NCBI GenBank assembly: GCA_964016885.1
Contig: OZ024740.1
Coordinates: forward strand, 170,004,001 to 170,068,000
Direction of reading: 5' to 3'
DNA: 64,000 bases
Source: Eledone cirrhosa
Lineage: Eukaryota
Made by a program: the position numbers and the translations under genes. The notes beneath the pieces are model-generated. The model was given only the letters and a program-made list of their open reading frames with translations, was not told where the DNA came from and did not search any database. Positions 24,378 through 37,129 of this stretch are shown here, piece after piece; position 1 is the first letter of the stretch, and every line of letters starts with the position of its first letter.

Positions 24378-24562
24378 TGTATATATATATATGCATGCAT
24401 GTAAGTATGTAGACACACAGACGCCCCCCCCCCCCATATATATATATAAACATATATATACACACTTGGAGTGTGTGCGAGCGTCTTTAGGCGTATGTGT
24501 CATTGATCAGTTGTACACGCTAATATATACAGACATGTACTGACACATACAAACAGATAGAC

Positions 24563-24624
<62 letters not shown>

Positions 24625-24632
<8 letters not shown>

Positions 24633-24862
24633 GTGAGGTTTTTTTACAAAATGAAAAATAACCGAGGTGCCCTACACGAATGAAAGTACAAAGAAAAAAA
24701 GATGAATCGAAAATTGCAACTGGAGTCTTATTTCTAAAAATATATATATTTATTTGATTCCTTTACCGGTTTCGCATTTCTTCTGCTTTTCAAAACTAGA
24801 GTTGAGATGGAGGGTCTGCGGTTTTTCTCAGAGACAAAAAATCCACAGACCCTCTTTCTCAA
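24625..24862 (-). mobile_element. Solo PLE terminal segment (family G) with hammerhead-like motif at 24760-24796 and short fold-back
   Basis: Colinear with 54003-54210; TTGAAAA-GCA...TGC-GAAAC-CG-GTA-AAGG on the minus strand, stem I damaged. Confidence 0.75.
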
Positions 24863-25159
24863 TATATATATATATATATATATCATAAAATATGTCTGTA
24901 GAATCGTCAGATAAGATATATACCGTTTCCTCCCCCAATTAGTATAATTAACCATATAATAAAGCAATTAGACCTAGCTATAAGAATAAAGGCTCCTATG
25001 AAGAAATATCCGACAAATAACTGAAAGCAGCCCCTTCGCGGCGGTTACGACGGATTATTTATCGAATATTTCTACAGCGTGTATAAATCGACCAGATATA
25101 CAGTCAACTAAACAGAATTAGGTGTAAAATAAACTAGAAGAAAGTCTACATATTTAATT

Positions 25160-25273
25160 ACCTCTACCATGGTTTCATCCGCATTTTAAGACATCGGAAA
25201 TCTTAAGACATCGGAAATTTTAAGACATCGGAAATAACATTGGAAATCTAGAGCTTCGGATTCTTCAGGAAGT
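25160..25273 (-). ncRNA. Hammerhead family H with expanded loop II
   Basis: Minus strand: ACTTC-CTGAAGA-ATCCG-(~75 nt including three 17-bp repeats)-CGGAT-GAAAC-CATG-GTA|GAGGT; palindrome ACCATGGT. Confidence 0.75.
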
Positions 25274-25318
25274 TAGCTCAAATTTAGACAATTAATATAT
25301 ATATATATATATATATAT

Positions 25319-25960
25319 ACATGAGAAGAAAGAAGAATACTGCGTGGTTGCACATGGGTTACATATGATAAAAATAGTCCTTCGTCAGTGATTTTCCACC
25401 CATCATTGGTATTTCATCGCATTAAAAATCATATACCTCAGGTTGGTGCGAACAATAACTAAAAAAAGTTATTGGGACCAGTAAATCGCGTAAAGCGAGG
25501 GGGACAAGTAAACAACATAGAAGGATAAAAGCAAACCAAAGATAGGAAAATAAACAAGCAGCATGGTTGTCCGGTCAGCATAAACTGGGTGGATTTCATG
25601 AACGAGAGAGGTACAGACCGTCCGACGTGAGTGAGGTGTAAGCAAGAAGAGACCCACTACAAGCCAAACGGGAGGAAGTGAGAAGGGGAGAAACAGAGAG
25701 TGAGTGAGTGGAAGTGTGAAGAAGAGGTCAGTCGAGAGAAAGTGTAACTGACAGAGGGGGCGAAAGAAGGTGAGAGAAACAGAGAGAGCGGGGAAGCAGT
25801 AAGAGAGAAACAGACAAACGCAGCTGAGGTAAATATATATAAAAAACATGAGAAGAAAGAAGAATACTGCGTGGTTGCACATGGGTTACATATGATAAAA
25901 AATACTCCTTCGTCAGTGATTTTCCAACCATCATTGGTATTTCATCGCATTGCACATGGG
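25319..25960 (-). mobile_element. ~527-bp terminally redundant non-coding unit (family Q)
   Basis: ~105-bp direct repeat at 25319-25423 and 25846-25951; GA-rich interior; related to 59866-60615 in the opposite orientation. Confidence 0.7.
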
Positions 25961-26264
25961 TTATATATATATATATATAAATATATATAAACGCCTACAT
26001 ATATACAAACCACTACATATACCGAAATTCATGTAAAGTATGTGATTCTGTATCGGCACCAAGTAGATAGGAAAAGTATAAAAGTTATTGACATCAACGG
26101 AAAATAGCAAAATAGCCTCAGTGAGGAGGTTTTCCTTTATAGTGAAACAAATATGATAATCAGTAATTGCTGTCACAAATCCCGAATATAAACAATAAAC
26201 GTGTACATGTACAACTATTACATATGACAATAGGCCGTCGGAGAAGATAAATACAAAATAAAAG

Positions 26265-26443
<179 letters not shown>

Positions 26444-26514
26444 TGCTCTGCTCGATCGACAAGATCCCAAACTTCATTTGCTTGCTTAGTGGGGTGGAGT
26501 TCGTCAAATTAGAC

Positions 26515-26600
26515 TAATAATTGTTTCTACTTTTTGGCACAAGACCAGAAAATTAACCAGTACATTACTGGTACTTTATTTTATCGACCCCGTAATGATG
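26515..26600 (-). mobile_element. SINE S1 3' fragment
   Basis: AATAATTGTTTCTACTTT...CTGGTACTTTATTTTATCGACCCCGTAA. Confidence 0.75.
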
Positions 26601-26682
26601 AATAAAATAATGGACTAAGGAAATAGTATTTCCATTGGTCCTCCCATTGTTGATATATCTACCGGTCGCAACTCTTGGCAGA

Positions 26683-26730
<48 letters not shown>

Positions 26731-27399
26731 CATGGTTACAGTCTAATAACTGAAACTTTTAAACGTATGACAAAATTATGTACAAATGCATTTGTGCGTA
26801 TGCATTTGTGCGTGTGCACGTACGTGTGTGTGAGTCACCCACCTGTCGGCGTTGAAAATCTGCGTGAATCCTATTTTTTCAAGAAGGTCACAAGGGATTG
26901 GCTATATTGAAAATTCCCACTTGTTGTTAAACAGATATAAAACCCTCAGTACTTATATTTTGAAGCCTGTTAGATATTTCATTGATCTGATTTTGGCAAA
27001 TTGTTAAGTTATGGGACATAGGCACAGGCAAAAATGTCAACAATGACACACACATACATGCATATATATATATATACGACGCACTCCTAGTTTGCGTTTA
27101 GCAAATTCCACTCTCAAGGCATGAATCAATTCGAGGCTAAGGAGAAGATATTTTCTAAATGTACTATGTAGTGGAGCTAAATATAGAAGTACGTGATTGT
27201 AAAGCGAAATCCCTAAACACACAATCATATATGCACTTAGGGCTGGATTTATAGTGAGGGAGACAGTTCATCTGCCCCAGGTCCCTCATTAGCATTAAAT
27301 GTATTTATATATATATGGCTATATATAGTTTTGAAATATATATCGTTTATGTTTCTCAATAGAAAAGCTCCAATTTGTACATATATGTGTACAGAGAAT

Positions 27400-28199
27400 T
27401 TATTATGTAAGGAAATATACTTCGAGATGGCAACAGTCTATAATTCCTTATACAGAACTATTTCATGAAACCCAAAGAAAAGACGCAAACCATCGATCTT
27501 AGTAATTAGTATCAATCACCAATTATCGATTTTGGTAATAAGCATCTTAAGACAAATATTTATAATTAGAGTAGAATAGATGTTCGCTTGGTTTATGAAG
27601 GGAGTTTTATAGACTGGACTCTAGGTTTAAATTTATGTCTAGAAAGTTCACTACGATTAGTGTCTATAGTTTTTGTTAGGTTATATTACTTAAAGAGTCT
27701 ATGCAATTGTTCTTTTATTCAACTCAGATGTTCTGCTATTCTTACTAATAGTGAGCAGTGTATCATCAAGTTATATTCGACGGATGGAAAATGACTTTTA
27801 TTTTTCTAGTAACAAGATACCATCTAATTCAGTAACTTGAGCAGGAACATATGTACTATCGAAATTATTAGGGCGGTATTTTCCGAAGGGAACTATCAAA
27901 TACAATTATGGTTTTCCTAACTGTTATAATATTAATTTCTGCCCTAATTATGTTACTAGCACTTTTAAACATACTTAAGGCGCTATTCATGAGGTTCGGG
28001 AGTGGAAGAGAAATAACTATCTATATTGTATAAAATTGAATTTATTTTTGCTATGAAGATTTATAAACCAGTCTAATACTTCATCGGTAATATTCCATAA
28101 TTTTAAGCTTGGTTTTTGTTTCAAATCGAGGATAATTCTGTCTAAATTCTTTTTACTGATTTTACCCATGTCAGTTTTTCCTGGTACTATAATTATTGC

Positions 28200-28200
<1 letters not shown>
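27400..28200 (-). pseudogene. Decayed Penelope-like reverse transcriptase fragment
   Basis: PGKTDMGKISKKNLDRI...W.ITDEVLDWF...FIQY, and later FDSTY..AQVTELDG, match PLE RT motifs; frameshifted. Confidence 0.7.
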
Positions 28201-28239
<39 letters not shown>

Positions 28240-28310
28240 CCCACACACTTCTATATGTCTCTCCACCACTCCCCTTCACACCTTTTGAACTCTGTTCCCA
28301 CACACTTCTC

Positions 28311-28342
28311 ACCTGAAGAAGGGCTTATGCCCGAAACGTCGT
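28311..28342 (+). ncRNA. Minimal hammerhead-like motif family I
   Basis: CTGAAGA-A-GGGC-TTAT-GCCC-GAAAC-GTC; stem I has only 2 bp (AC/GT). Confidence 0.55.
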
Positions 28343-28428
28343 CCCCCACCTACCCCCCACTCTCCTGAGCGTGAATTTAATAAACATTTATTGTACTGCC
28401 TCTCTGTTCTGTCCCTGTTCAATTTTTC

Positions 28429-28487
<59 letters not shown>

Positions 28488-28509
28488 AGGGAGTCATTAC
28501 AACATCACA

Positions 28510-28599
28510 GGTCCGACGAGCCTTTGACTCCAGAGTCGAGTCGGGCCAGATCGATACTAATCGAACCTTGAGCTGATCAATAGCGAAACGCGCGTCACC
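28510..28599 (+). ncRNA. Hammerhead family J with ~61-nt stem II insert
   Basis: GGT-CCGACGA-GC-(insert with GACTC...GAGTC hairpin)-GC-GAAAC-GCGC-GTC|ACC; palindrome ACGCGCGT; U4 changed to C. Confidence 0.6.
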
Positions 28600-28639
28600 A
28601 ATAAATAAACGTAATGAAATCTTAACAAATCGTCCTTGT

Positions 28640-31430
28640 ATTATTATTATCATTATTATTGTTCTTTGAGTCTCAGTCATTAATGTTATTTAACTGGAAA
28701 GTTTGTTGAAATGAATATCAAGCCACTACCTGCAGCCTCAGATATTCAGGATGTATCGGAGGGTTCTTGCTGTTCCCAGCAAGCATGCCTTTTGAAGTGT
28801 TCCAAAAAGAGGGGTTGGACTAATCTTCTTTAACCATCCTTGGAAACTCTTTGTGATAGTACCTAGTGCGCCTATGACAATCGGGACCACTTTGACTTCC
28901 TGGCAGTTCCAAATCCTTTTTACCTCCCACTTTAAGTCCTGGTATCGATTAATTTTCTCCCTCTCCTTCTCTTGCACTCTCGTGTGAAATGGGCAGGCTA
29001 TATCTACAATCAGGCACGATCTTTTTTCCTTGTCAAAAACCACCAGGTCAGGCGTATTGTGTTCTAATTTCTTGTCCGTCTGTATCCTAAAATCCCATAG
29101 CACCTTCACCTGATCGTTTTCTATCACCGACTCTGGCTTATACTCATACCACTTTTCAGAATGTGGTAAATTGCTTACTTTGCATAGATGCCGGTGAATC
29201 ACCCTGCCTATCACATCATGTCTCCAGCCTTTATAGTGAGTCTGGACTCGGATACAATGTGAGCCACAGTCTCCTCTCTCTCTCCAAAGATCCTACACAT
29301 AGAGCTAGCCTCCTCCTTGTAAATATGGTGTTTCACCCACTTCGTTCTGAGGGCCTGCTCTTGCGCAGCCATTAGCATTCCTTCAGTAGCTTTTTTAACC
29401 AGTTCTATGTCTGTGGATGTCTGAATTCAGTTTTCTTAAAGAAGGTACTATGAAGGGATTTTTCATGAAGGTTGCCCTTCCTCCTTGTTGTTATTTCCTC
29501 CTTGGAATCCCCTGGTCTATTCTCGTCTCCTTCAGTACAATTTTGGGCATTCGCTCCCTACTGTTAGTCACGTATTTGTGTAGGTTGTTTTTCTCCATCT
29601 GAACACAGTCCTCTATGCTGATAAGACCTCTTCCACCTTCAGATCTCTTAAAGTAGAGTCTATCGACATCACTCCTCTTGTGGAACATGTTGTAGATAGT
29701 CAATAGCTTCCTAGTCTTCCCATCCATTTCTTTTTGTTCAGCAACATTCCATTTCTGAATTCCCGCACTGTATCTAATAATAGACACAGCTCGGGAATTC
29801 ACTGCACTTATGACATCCCTACTATTTAGATGTGATTTTAATACGCTCCTTCCTCTCCTTATGTACTCAGATCTTATCAATTCCTTCATTTTTTTGTTCT
29901 TGATGTCATCTGCCTCCAGAACACCTAAATATGTCTATCCCTCTTCAGTGTCAATTTCCTTTATCATCTCAGCTGTTGGTACCTGGATACCGTTGATTCT
30001 GCTCAATTTACCCCTCTTCATCACTAGGACTCCACGCTTATTAATACCAAATTGTATACATATATCATTGCTGAAAATACGGACAGTGTCAATAAGTACT
30101 TCCAGCTCCTTCTCACTCTTCCCAAAGAGTTTAAGTTCGTCCATGAAGAGGAGGTGATTGATGGTAAGCTCTCCTTTACCCAATTTGTATCCTACTCTCA
30201 CTTTTCGCAATATAACGGTCAGGGTTATCAGGGCAAGGACAAACAGCAGAGGGGATAAACTATCTCCATGGAAGATACCTCTCTTGATCTTCACGCTTCC
30301 CAAGGATTCTCCACCCGATGTTAACTCTGTTTCCTAGGACTTCATACTTTTGCTCAACAACTGATTGATGTTATCTGCCACCTTGAAGATCTCTAGGCTT
30401 TTGGTTATCCAAGAATGAGGTACCATGTCGAACGCCTTTTTGTAATCTATCCATCCAATTGCAAGACCAGTGTGCCTCCTCGTGCAATTCCTCATTACCA
30501 TCTTATCAATAAGTAACTGGTCTTTTGTACCACGGGACTCTTTTCGGCATCCTTTCTGTTCGTACGATAACAAGTTGTTTATGTGGAGGTGGTAGTAGAT
30601 TTCCTCAGACACAATACTTGTTAACAGTTTCCACATTACGGACAGACATGTGATAGGCCTATAGTTGGTAACATCATTACACTTGATTCGGTCTTTCATT
30701 ATCAGAACTGTGGTACCTTTTGTCAACCACTCGAGTACTTCACCCGACATCAAGTAGTCATTGAACATGGTTGTCAGTTTCGGGTGGAGGGATGTTCTGT
30801 TGTTAATCCAATACCCTTGCACACCATCTGGGCCTGGTGATTTCCAGTTGGTTAGTTTTTTGGCCTGCCCTTTAAGAGTTTCAACTGTGATACTCACATC
30901 AGTTTGTTGCTGTGATTGTTCACTAATCTCCTTTTGAACTGTCTCAATCTACACTGACTATTATTTCAAGATCCTGTTCCCATATTCCTCATTTGAATGT
31001 TTTAGTCTGTTCCGCCTCGGGGATCACGTCGCTGCCTCTTTCTTTCCCTTCAAGCTGTCCAAACAACATATTTTCGTTGTTGTCAAACAAGCGGTTCTGT
31101 CTATACTGACTGTTTCTGTTCTCATACCACCTAATCTTTGCACCTTGTGCTACAATGCGTTGCTTCTGTTCCTCTATGATAATATTTAGCCTTTTCCCCC
31201 TAGTTTTGTATTTTATTTCCAATCTACCTTTAGCGTCTATGCTTTTTAATGTCCCATTCAGTAAGGACTCAAGCTTTCCAATGTCTTTTCTTATTTCCTT
31301 GATTTGACCATTCGGTCGTTTCTTCCACCAAGGTTCTGATCTTTCTTGTTTGTTGTTTCCTCTCGTTTTTATGCCAAGTAATTTCCTCACTGCATTTGCG
31401 GTTGCTTTTAGGATATTGTTGCATTGGTGA
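28640..31430 (-). mobile_element. R4/Dong-type RLE non-LTR retrotransposon, 5'-truncated decayed copy
   Basis: [39 protein letters not shown], and C-terminal PDLVV...IVDIACP...EKINRYQDL; (AAT)n tail; internal deletions. Confidence 0.9.
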
Positions 31431-31810
31431 AAGGAAGGTGAGGGTGGAGAGAGATGTGCTGCCCCCCCCCCCCAGTACATTTGCTAAAAGGTGGATGAAT
31501 GTGGCGAGAATCGCCCTTGTGAATGGGCCTACTCTGACCATGCGCCTATAGGCTAGCTAACTTGAGGAGAGGGGTGGTCTCCCTGGGTGCCCTAGAAGTC
31601 CAGGCTGGTTTCATTATTGGTGGGTACCTGAGTCACTCCAGGGTCGTCCTCCCCCAATTGTTATATTTATGCATAGTTTATTTTATAATTTTTATATCTT
31701 CATTGTTAAATTAGTCATTGTACACTTTTACTCGACCTTATTGTAAACCCCCACTGTCGCTGTCTTTGTATTGTCCCCAACATGTCGGCCCTTATGGCAA
31801 ATAAATTAAA

Positions 31811-31857
<47 letters not shown>

Positions 31858-31858
31858 G
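31428..31858 (+). mobile_element. Tx1-type LINE 3' fragment with (ATT)n tail
   Basis: Encodes RKVRVERDVLP...KRWMNVARIALVNGPTL, homologous to the ORF2 end at 48650-48763; AATAAA followed by (ATT)n. Confidence 0.85.
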
Positions 31859-34800
31859 TTCTTTGAGTCGCAGTCATTGATGTTAGTTAAGTGGAAAGTT
31901 TGTTGAAATGAATATCAAGCCACTACCTGCAGCCTCAGATATTCATGACGTATCGGAGGGTTCTTGCTGTTCCCAGAAAGCATGCCTTTTGAAGCGTTCC
32001 AAAAAGCGTGAAGGGGCCAATTTTCTTTAACCATCCCTGGAAACTTTTTGAGATAGTCCCTAGTGCGCCTATGACAATCGGCACCACTTTGACTTCCGGG
32101 CAGTTCCAAATCCTTTTTACCTCCCACTTTAAGTCCTGGTATCGGTTAATTTTCTCCTTCTCCTTCTCTTGCACTCTCGTGTCGAATGGGCAGGCCACAT
32201 CCACAATCAGGCACGATCTTTTTTCTTTGTCCAAAACCACCAGGTCAGGTCTATTGTGTTCCAGTTTCTTGTCCGTCTGTATCCTAAAATCCCACAGCAC
32301 CTTCACCTGATCGTTTTCTATCACCGACTCTGGCTTATGCTCATACCACTTCTCAGAATGTGGTAAATTGTTTACTTTGCATAGGTGCCAGTGGATCACC
32401 CTGCCCATCACATCATGTCTCCAGCCCTTATAGTGAGTCTGGGCTGGGTGTTTACACTCGGATACAATGTGAGCCACAGTCTCCCCTCTCTCTCCACAGA
32501 TCCTGCACAGTGGGCTACCCTCCTCCTTGTAAATATGGTGTTTCACCCATTTCGTTTTGAGGGCCTGCTCTTGCGCAGCCATTAACATTCCTTCTGTAGC
32601 CTTTTTAAGGTCTCCTCTTTTCAACCATTTCCATGTCTGTGGATCTCTGAATTCAGTTTTCTCAAAGAAGGTACTATGAAGGGATTTTTCCTGAAGGCTG
32701 CTCTTTCTCCTTGTTGTTATTTCCTCCTTGGACATCCCTTGGTCTATTGTCCTCTCCTTCAGTACAGTTCTGAGCATTGGCTCCTTACTATCAGTCACGT
32801 ATTTGTGTAGGTTGTTTTTCTCCATCTGAACACAGTATTCTATGCTGATAAGACCTCTTCCAACTTCAGATCTCCTTAAGTAGAGTCTATCGACATCACT
32901 CCTCTTGTGGAACATGTTGTAGATAGTCAATAGCTTCCTAGTCTTCCTATCCATTTCTTTTTGTTCAGCAACATTCCATCTCAGAATTCCCGCACTGTAC
33001 CTAATAATAGACACAGCTCGGGAATTTACTGCATTTAAAGGCATTCCTACTGTTCAGATGTGACTTTAATACGCTCCTTACTCTCCGAATGTATTCAGTT
33101 CTTATCAATTCCTTCATTTGTTTTGTTCTTGATGTCATCAGCCTCCAGAACACCCAAATACTTGTATCCTTCTTCAGTGTCAATTTCCTTTATCATCTCA
33201 GCTGTTGGTACCTGGATTCCGTTGCTTCTGCTTAATTTACCCCTCTTCATCACAAGGACTCCACACTTACTAATACCAAATTGCATACATATATCATTGC
33301 TGAAAATACGGACAGTGTCAACAAGCACATCCAACTCCTTCTCACTCTTCACGAATGGCTTAAGATCGTCCATGAAGAGGAGGTGATTGATGGTAAGCTC
33401 TCCATTTCCCAACTTGTATCCTGCTCTCACCTTTCGCAGTATAATGGTCAGGGGCATCAGGGCAAGGACAAACAGCAGAGGAGACAGACTATCTCCCTGG
33501 AAGATACCTCTCTTGATCTTCACGCTTCCCAAGGATTCTCCAGCTGATGTTAACTCTGTTTCCCAGGACTTCATACTTTTGCCCAACAACTTGTCTGATG
33601 TTATCTGCCACCTTGAAGATCTCCAGGCTTTTGGTGATCCAACAATGAGGCACCATGTCAAATGCCTTTTTGTAGTCTATCCATCCCATGGCAAGACCAG
33701 TGTGTCTCCTCTTGCAATTCCTCATTACCATCTTATCAATAAGTAACTGGTCCTTTGTAACACGGGACTTCTTTCGGCATCCTTTCTGTTCGTTCGGTAA
33801 CAAGTTGTTTGTGTGGAGGTGATGGTAGATTTCCTCAGACATAATGCTTGTCAACAGTTTCCACATTACGGACAGACATGTGATAGGTCTATAGTTGGTA
33901 ACATCATTACCCTTGATTCGGCCCTTCATTACCAAAACTGTGGTACCTTTTGTCAATCACTCTGGTACCTCGCCTGACATCAAGCAGTCATTGAACATGG
34001 TTGTCAGTTTCGGGTGGAGGGATGTTATATTTTTCATCCAATAACCCTGCACACCATCTGGACCTGGTGATTTCCAGTTGGTTAGTTTTTTGGCCTGCCC
34101 CTTAAGAGTTTCAACTGTGATACTCAAGTCAGTTTGTTGGTGTGCCTGTTCACTAAGCTCCTTCTGTACTGTCTCAATCCACACTGCCTGGTCATTATGT
34201 TTAACATCCTGCTCCCATATTCCTTTCCAGAATGTTTTCGTTTGTTCCGCTTCAGGGATCAAGTCGTTGCCTCTTTCTTTCCCCTCAAGCTGTCCAAACA
34301 GTATCTTCTGGTTGTTGTCAAACATGCGGTTTTGTCTATACTCTGCTCTCGTATCGCCTAATTTTTGCACTCTTTGCTACAATGCGTTGCTTCAGTTCCT
34401 CTATGATAATATTTAGCTTTTTCCTCCTAGTTGTAGTACTTTATTTCCAGTCTATTTTTAGTGTCTATGTTTTTTAGTGTCCCATTCAGTAGGGACTCAA
34501 GCTTTCCAATGTCATTTCTCATTTCCCTGATTTGACCATTCAGTCGTTTCTTCCACCAAGGCTCTGATCTTTCTTGTTTGTTGTTTCCTCTCGCTTTTAT
34601 ACCAAGTAATTTCCTCACCGCATTTGCTGTTGCTTTGAGGATATTGTTGCACTGGTGAAGGCTCCTCGCCTCAAGGTATGGGATGACTTTGTTTACCTTA
34701 GCTGTTGTTTCTTTTAACTTTTTCCTGTCTACAAATCTTAGGTTCATAGGTTTCCCACTATCATTGTTCAATTCATCTACGACTAAGTTTAGGATATCAA

Positions 34801-35460
34801 CCAAATCTTGTCCTAGCCCGTCAGCATTCATCTCCTCAATGACCGTATCTTTGTTCCAGGTATTATTTATTTCAGCATTCAGATCATTGTCTGATTCGGA
34901 TGGTTCCTCCGTTCTCTCAACCTCTTCACCTTCATTTCCCACTGGCTCATTTGCCTGGCATACTCCACTCTCCATTTCCAAGCTAATCTCTCTGCTCAGG
35001 TCCTCCAGCTCCAGCTCGCTTATCCACCCATTAGTTCTTATTACCCGAGCCTGCCCGGCCAATTTTTGTTCATCTAATTTAAATAGACCAATCTCGTTCC
35101 AGATGTTATGCATCCGTTTCCTATAGCCTTTCTCCTTGGGGTTACTCTTCACGTAACATTGCATAACAGTTCTATTCAATTCTTTCGTCCAATTGGTTCA
35201 GGTCCCTTTCCTTCTTCTTCTTCCTCCGACACCAGCAGTATTTGGTTGACAGTCAGGTCCCTGCTGCTGAGCCAGGGAGCACCTGCTGGGTGAGAGTCTC
35301 TCACATGACATTCTAGTCTCCACTTCACCGTTATTCGAACTGTTTAGGTTCGACATTTAAACACTCTTATCGAGGATTGGTGAATGTATGGTTACATAAC
35401 CACCGGTGATTTCATCACCTCCGGTGATTTCATCACTCCCGGTGATTTTCGTGTGGCACT
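31859..35460 (-). mobile_element. R4/Dong-type RLE non-LTR retrotransposon, near full length, frameshifted
   Basis: N-terminal VMQCY...GYRKRMHNIW, RT ([12 protein letters not shown]), CCHC (CRICG...HIVSEC), RPDLVV...VDVACPFD...K endonuclease; ORF broken into about 5 pieces. 5' boundary approximate. Confidence 0.92.
35403..35450. repeat. 18-bp tandem repeat, ~2.6 copies, at 5' end of the Dong-type element
   Basis: CCGGTGATTTCATCACYY repeated. Confidence 0.75.
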
Positions 35461-36858
35461 ATCACGCTGTAGACGAAGATAAATAAACAAACAAATAAAC
35501 AGGCAAAAAAAAAACCCAAAAAAGAATAAGCATAAGTTTCATTGTAATGTAATGTTTGACTGTCTGACTTAGTTTTTTCCTTCCCTTCTCTGTCCGTTTG
35601 TTTGTTTTTCTCTTCATTTTTCTTTTCTTTACGTTTTTCGTTGTTGCTGTGCTGCTTTGATTTTGATTTTTGGTTTTTTGATTTTTTGACCGGGTCATCA
35701 ATTCAGTCTATTTATATATTTTGATGCCTTCCTCTTTTAGTGGGGACACTACGATGCATGTGTTAGCAGGAGGTAGTGGGAGAGAATAGCGGCGGTAGTG
35801 GTAATGAGCCAGTGGTGGTGGTGGTGGTGGTTGTGGTGGTGGTGGTAGTGCTGTGCTAGTAGTACTTAGCAGGATGTAGTGGGAGAGAATAGCGGCGGTA
35901 GCGATAATGAGGCAGTGGTGGTGGTGATGTGATCGTAGTACTGTAGTGATGGTGTTGAAGTTGAAGTAGAAATAGAAGTTGAGGCAACTTGACCAGAGTT
36001 TTTAGCGTGGTAGTGGTGGTGGTGTTGGTGGTGAAATTATCTTCTCTGTCCACTTAGTCATTTAGTCATTTAGCTATTTAGCTATTTAGTCATTTTGCCA
36101 TTTTCCTCCCTTTCGACTCCAACATTCCTGATCCAAAATTAAATATTAATATTGTTTATTAATATTGTCTAGTGATACCGCGACCTTCCCCTTTCGTAAG
36201 TTAACAGAAGGTAATGGGGGAATAGCGGTGGTAGCAATGAAGGAGTGGTGGCGGCGGTGATTGGATAGTGGTAGCACTGATGGATGGGGTGGCGGCGGCG
36301 GTGACTATAGTGATGGTGTTGTCGTTACTGAGTTTTGTTGAATAGACTGTAGTTTGTTTGATCGGTGAATCTATGCGGTTAGTCGCGTATGTTTAATATA
36401 TGTGTTGACATATCTCCTTAATATTGGATTTAAACATTTTGTGAAAACTTGAGACAATAATAATAGTAATTATTATTATTATGCTGGGATTGGTGGTGGT
36501 GGTGGTGAAATTTCCGTTATCTGGCTGTTGTATTTATGGGATAGATGGTGTATCTAGTTTGTGGTGTTGGTGAAATTGCTGTTATTTGGCTGTTCTATAG
36601 ACAGAGGGGGTTTTCTTCCATTTATAACCATTTTCTTTTTTGAATATAAAATGTATAATACAAAATTAAATATTTGAGCGATATAACAGAATATTATGGA
36701 TCCGAATTTTCTGATGGTTGAGTCCGGTGCTTTATGTATCATTTGTACTAAGAATTGCTATTTCACAATTGATTTAAATATGTTAAAAATCAAAAGCTTA
36801 CGGGAGCGATTTCATGACCTTCTATCCACCACGTGCGTCTTCTTCCCTTATTCTTCCC

Positions 36859-36914
<56 letters not shown>

Positions 36915-37129
36915 GAATGCCATGGTTGACGGAGGCTCGGCTCTGTAAGGTATAGTAATTTTTAACCGTTAAAACAATTGTAAATTGTTTAAAACTTGAA
37001 CCAAATTGTTGATAAAGACACCCTCCTCCTCGTGAGAGGGGTCTTTCTGTCCGTTATTTGGCCCTTCGGGGTTAAATAACCAGTTATTGGGGGTTTTGTA
37101 CCCAATATTCATTTTAAACAAAAAACAAC

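Noticed and set aside
25184-25234. CRISPR-like short repeats
   Set aside because: Contiguous 17-bp tandem with no spacers, eukaryotic context and no cas genes.
35320-35395. Possible HDV-like ribozyme at the Dong-type 5' end (TTCACC...TCCTCG...GGTGAA, minus strand)
   Set aside because: P1, P3 and the catalytic C could not be placed, and the region overlaps the likely ORF start.
35760-36330. GGT-rich tract with a ~104-bp duplication
   Set aside because: Low-complexity decay; no structure or coding signal that I can support.
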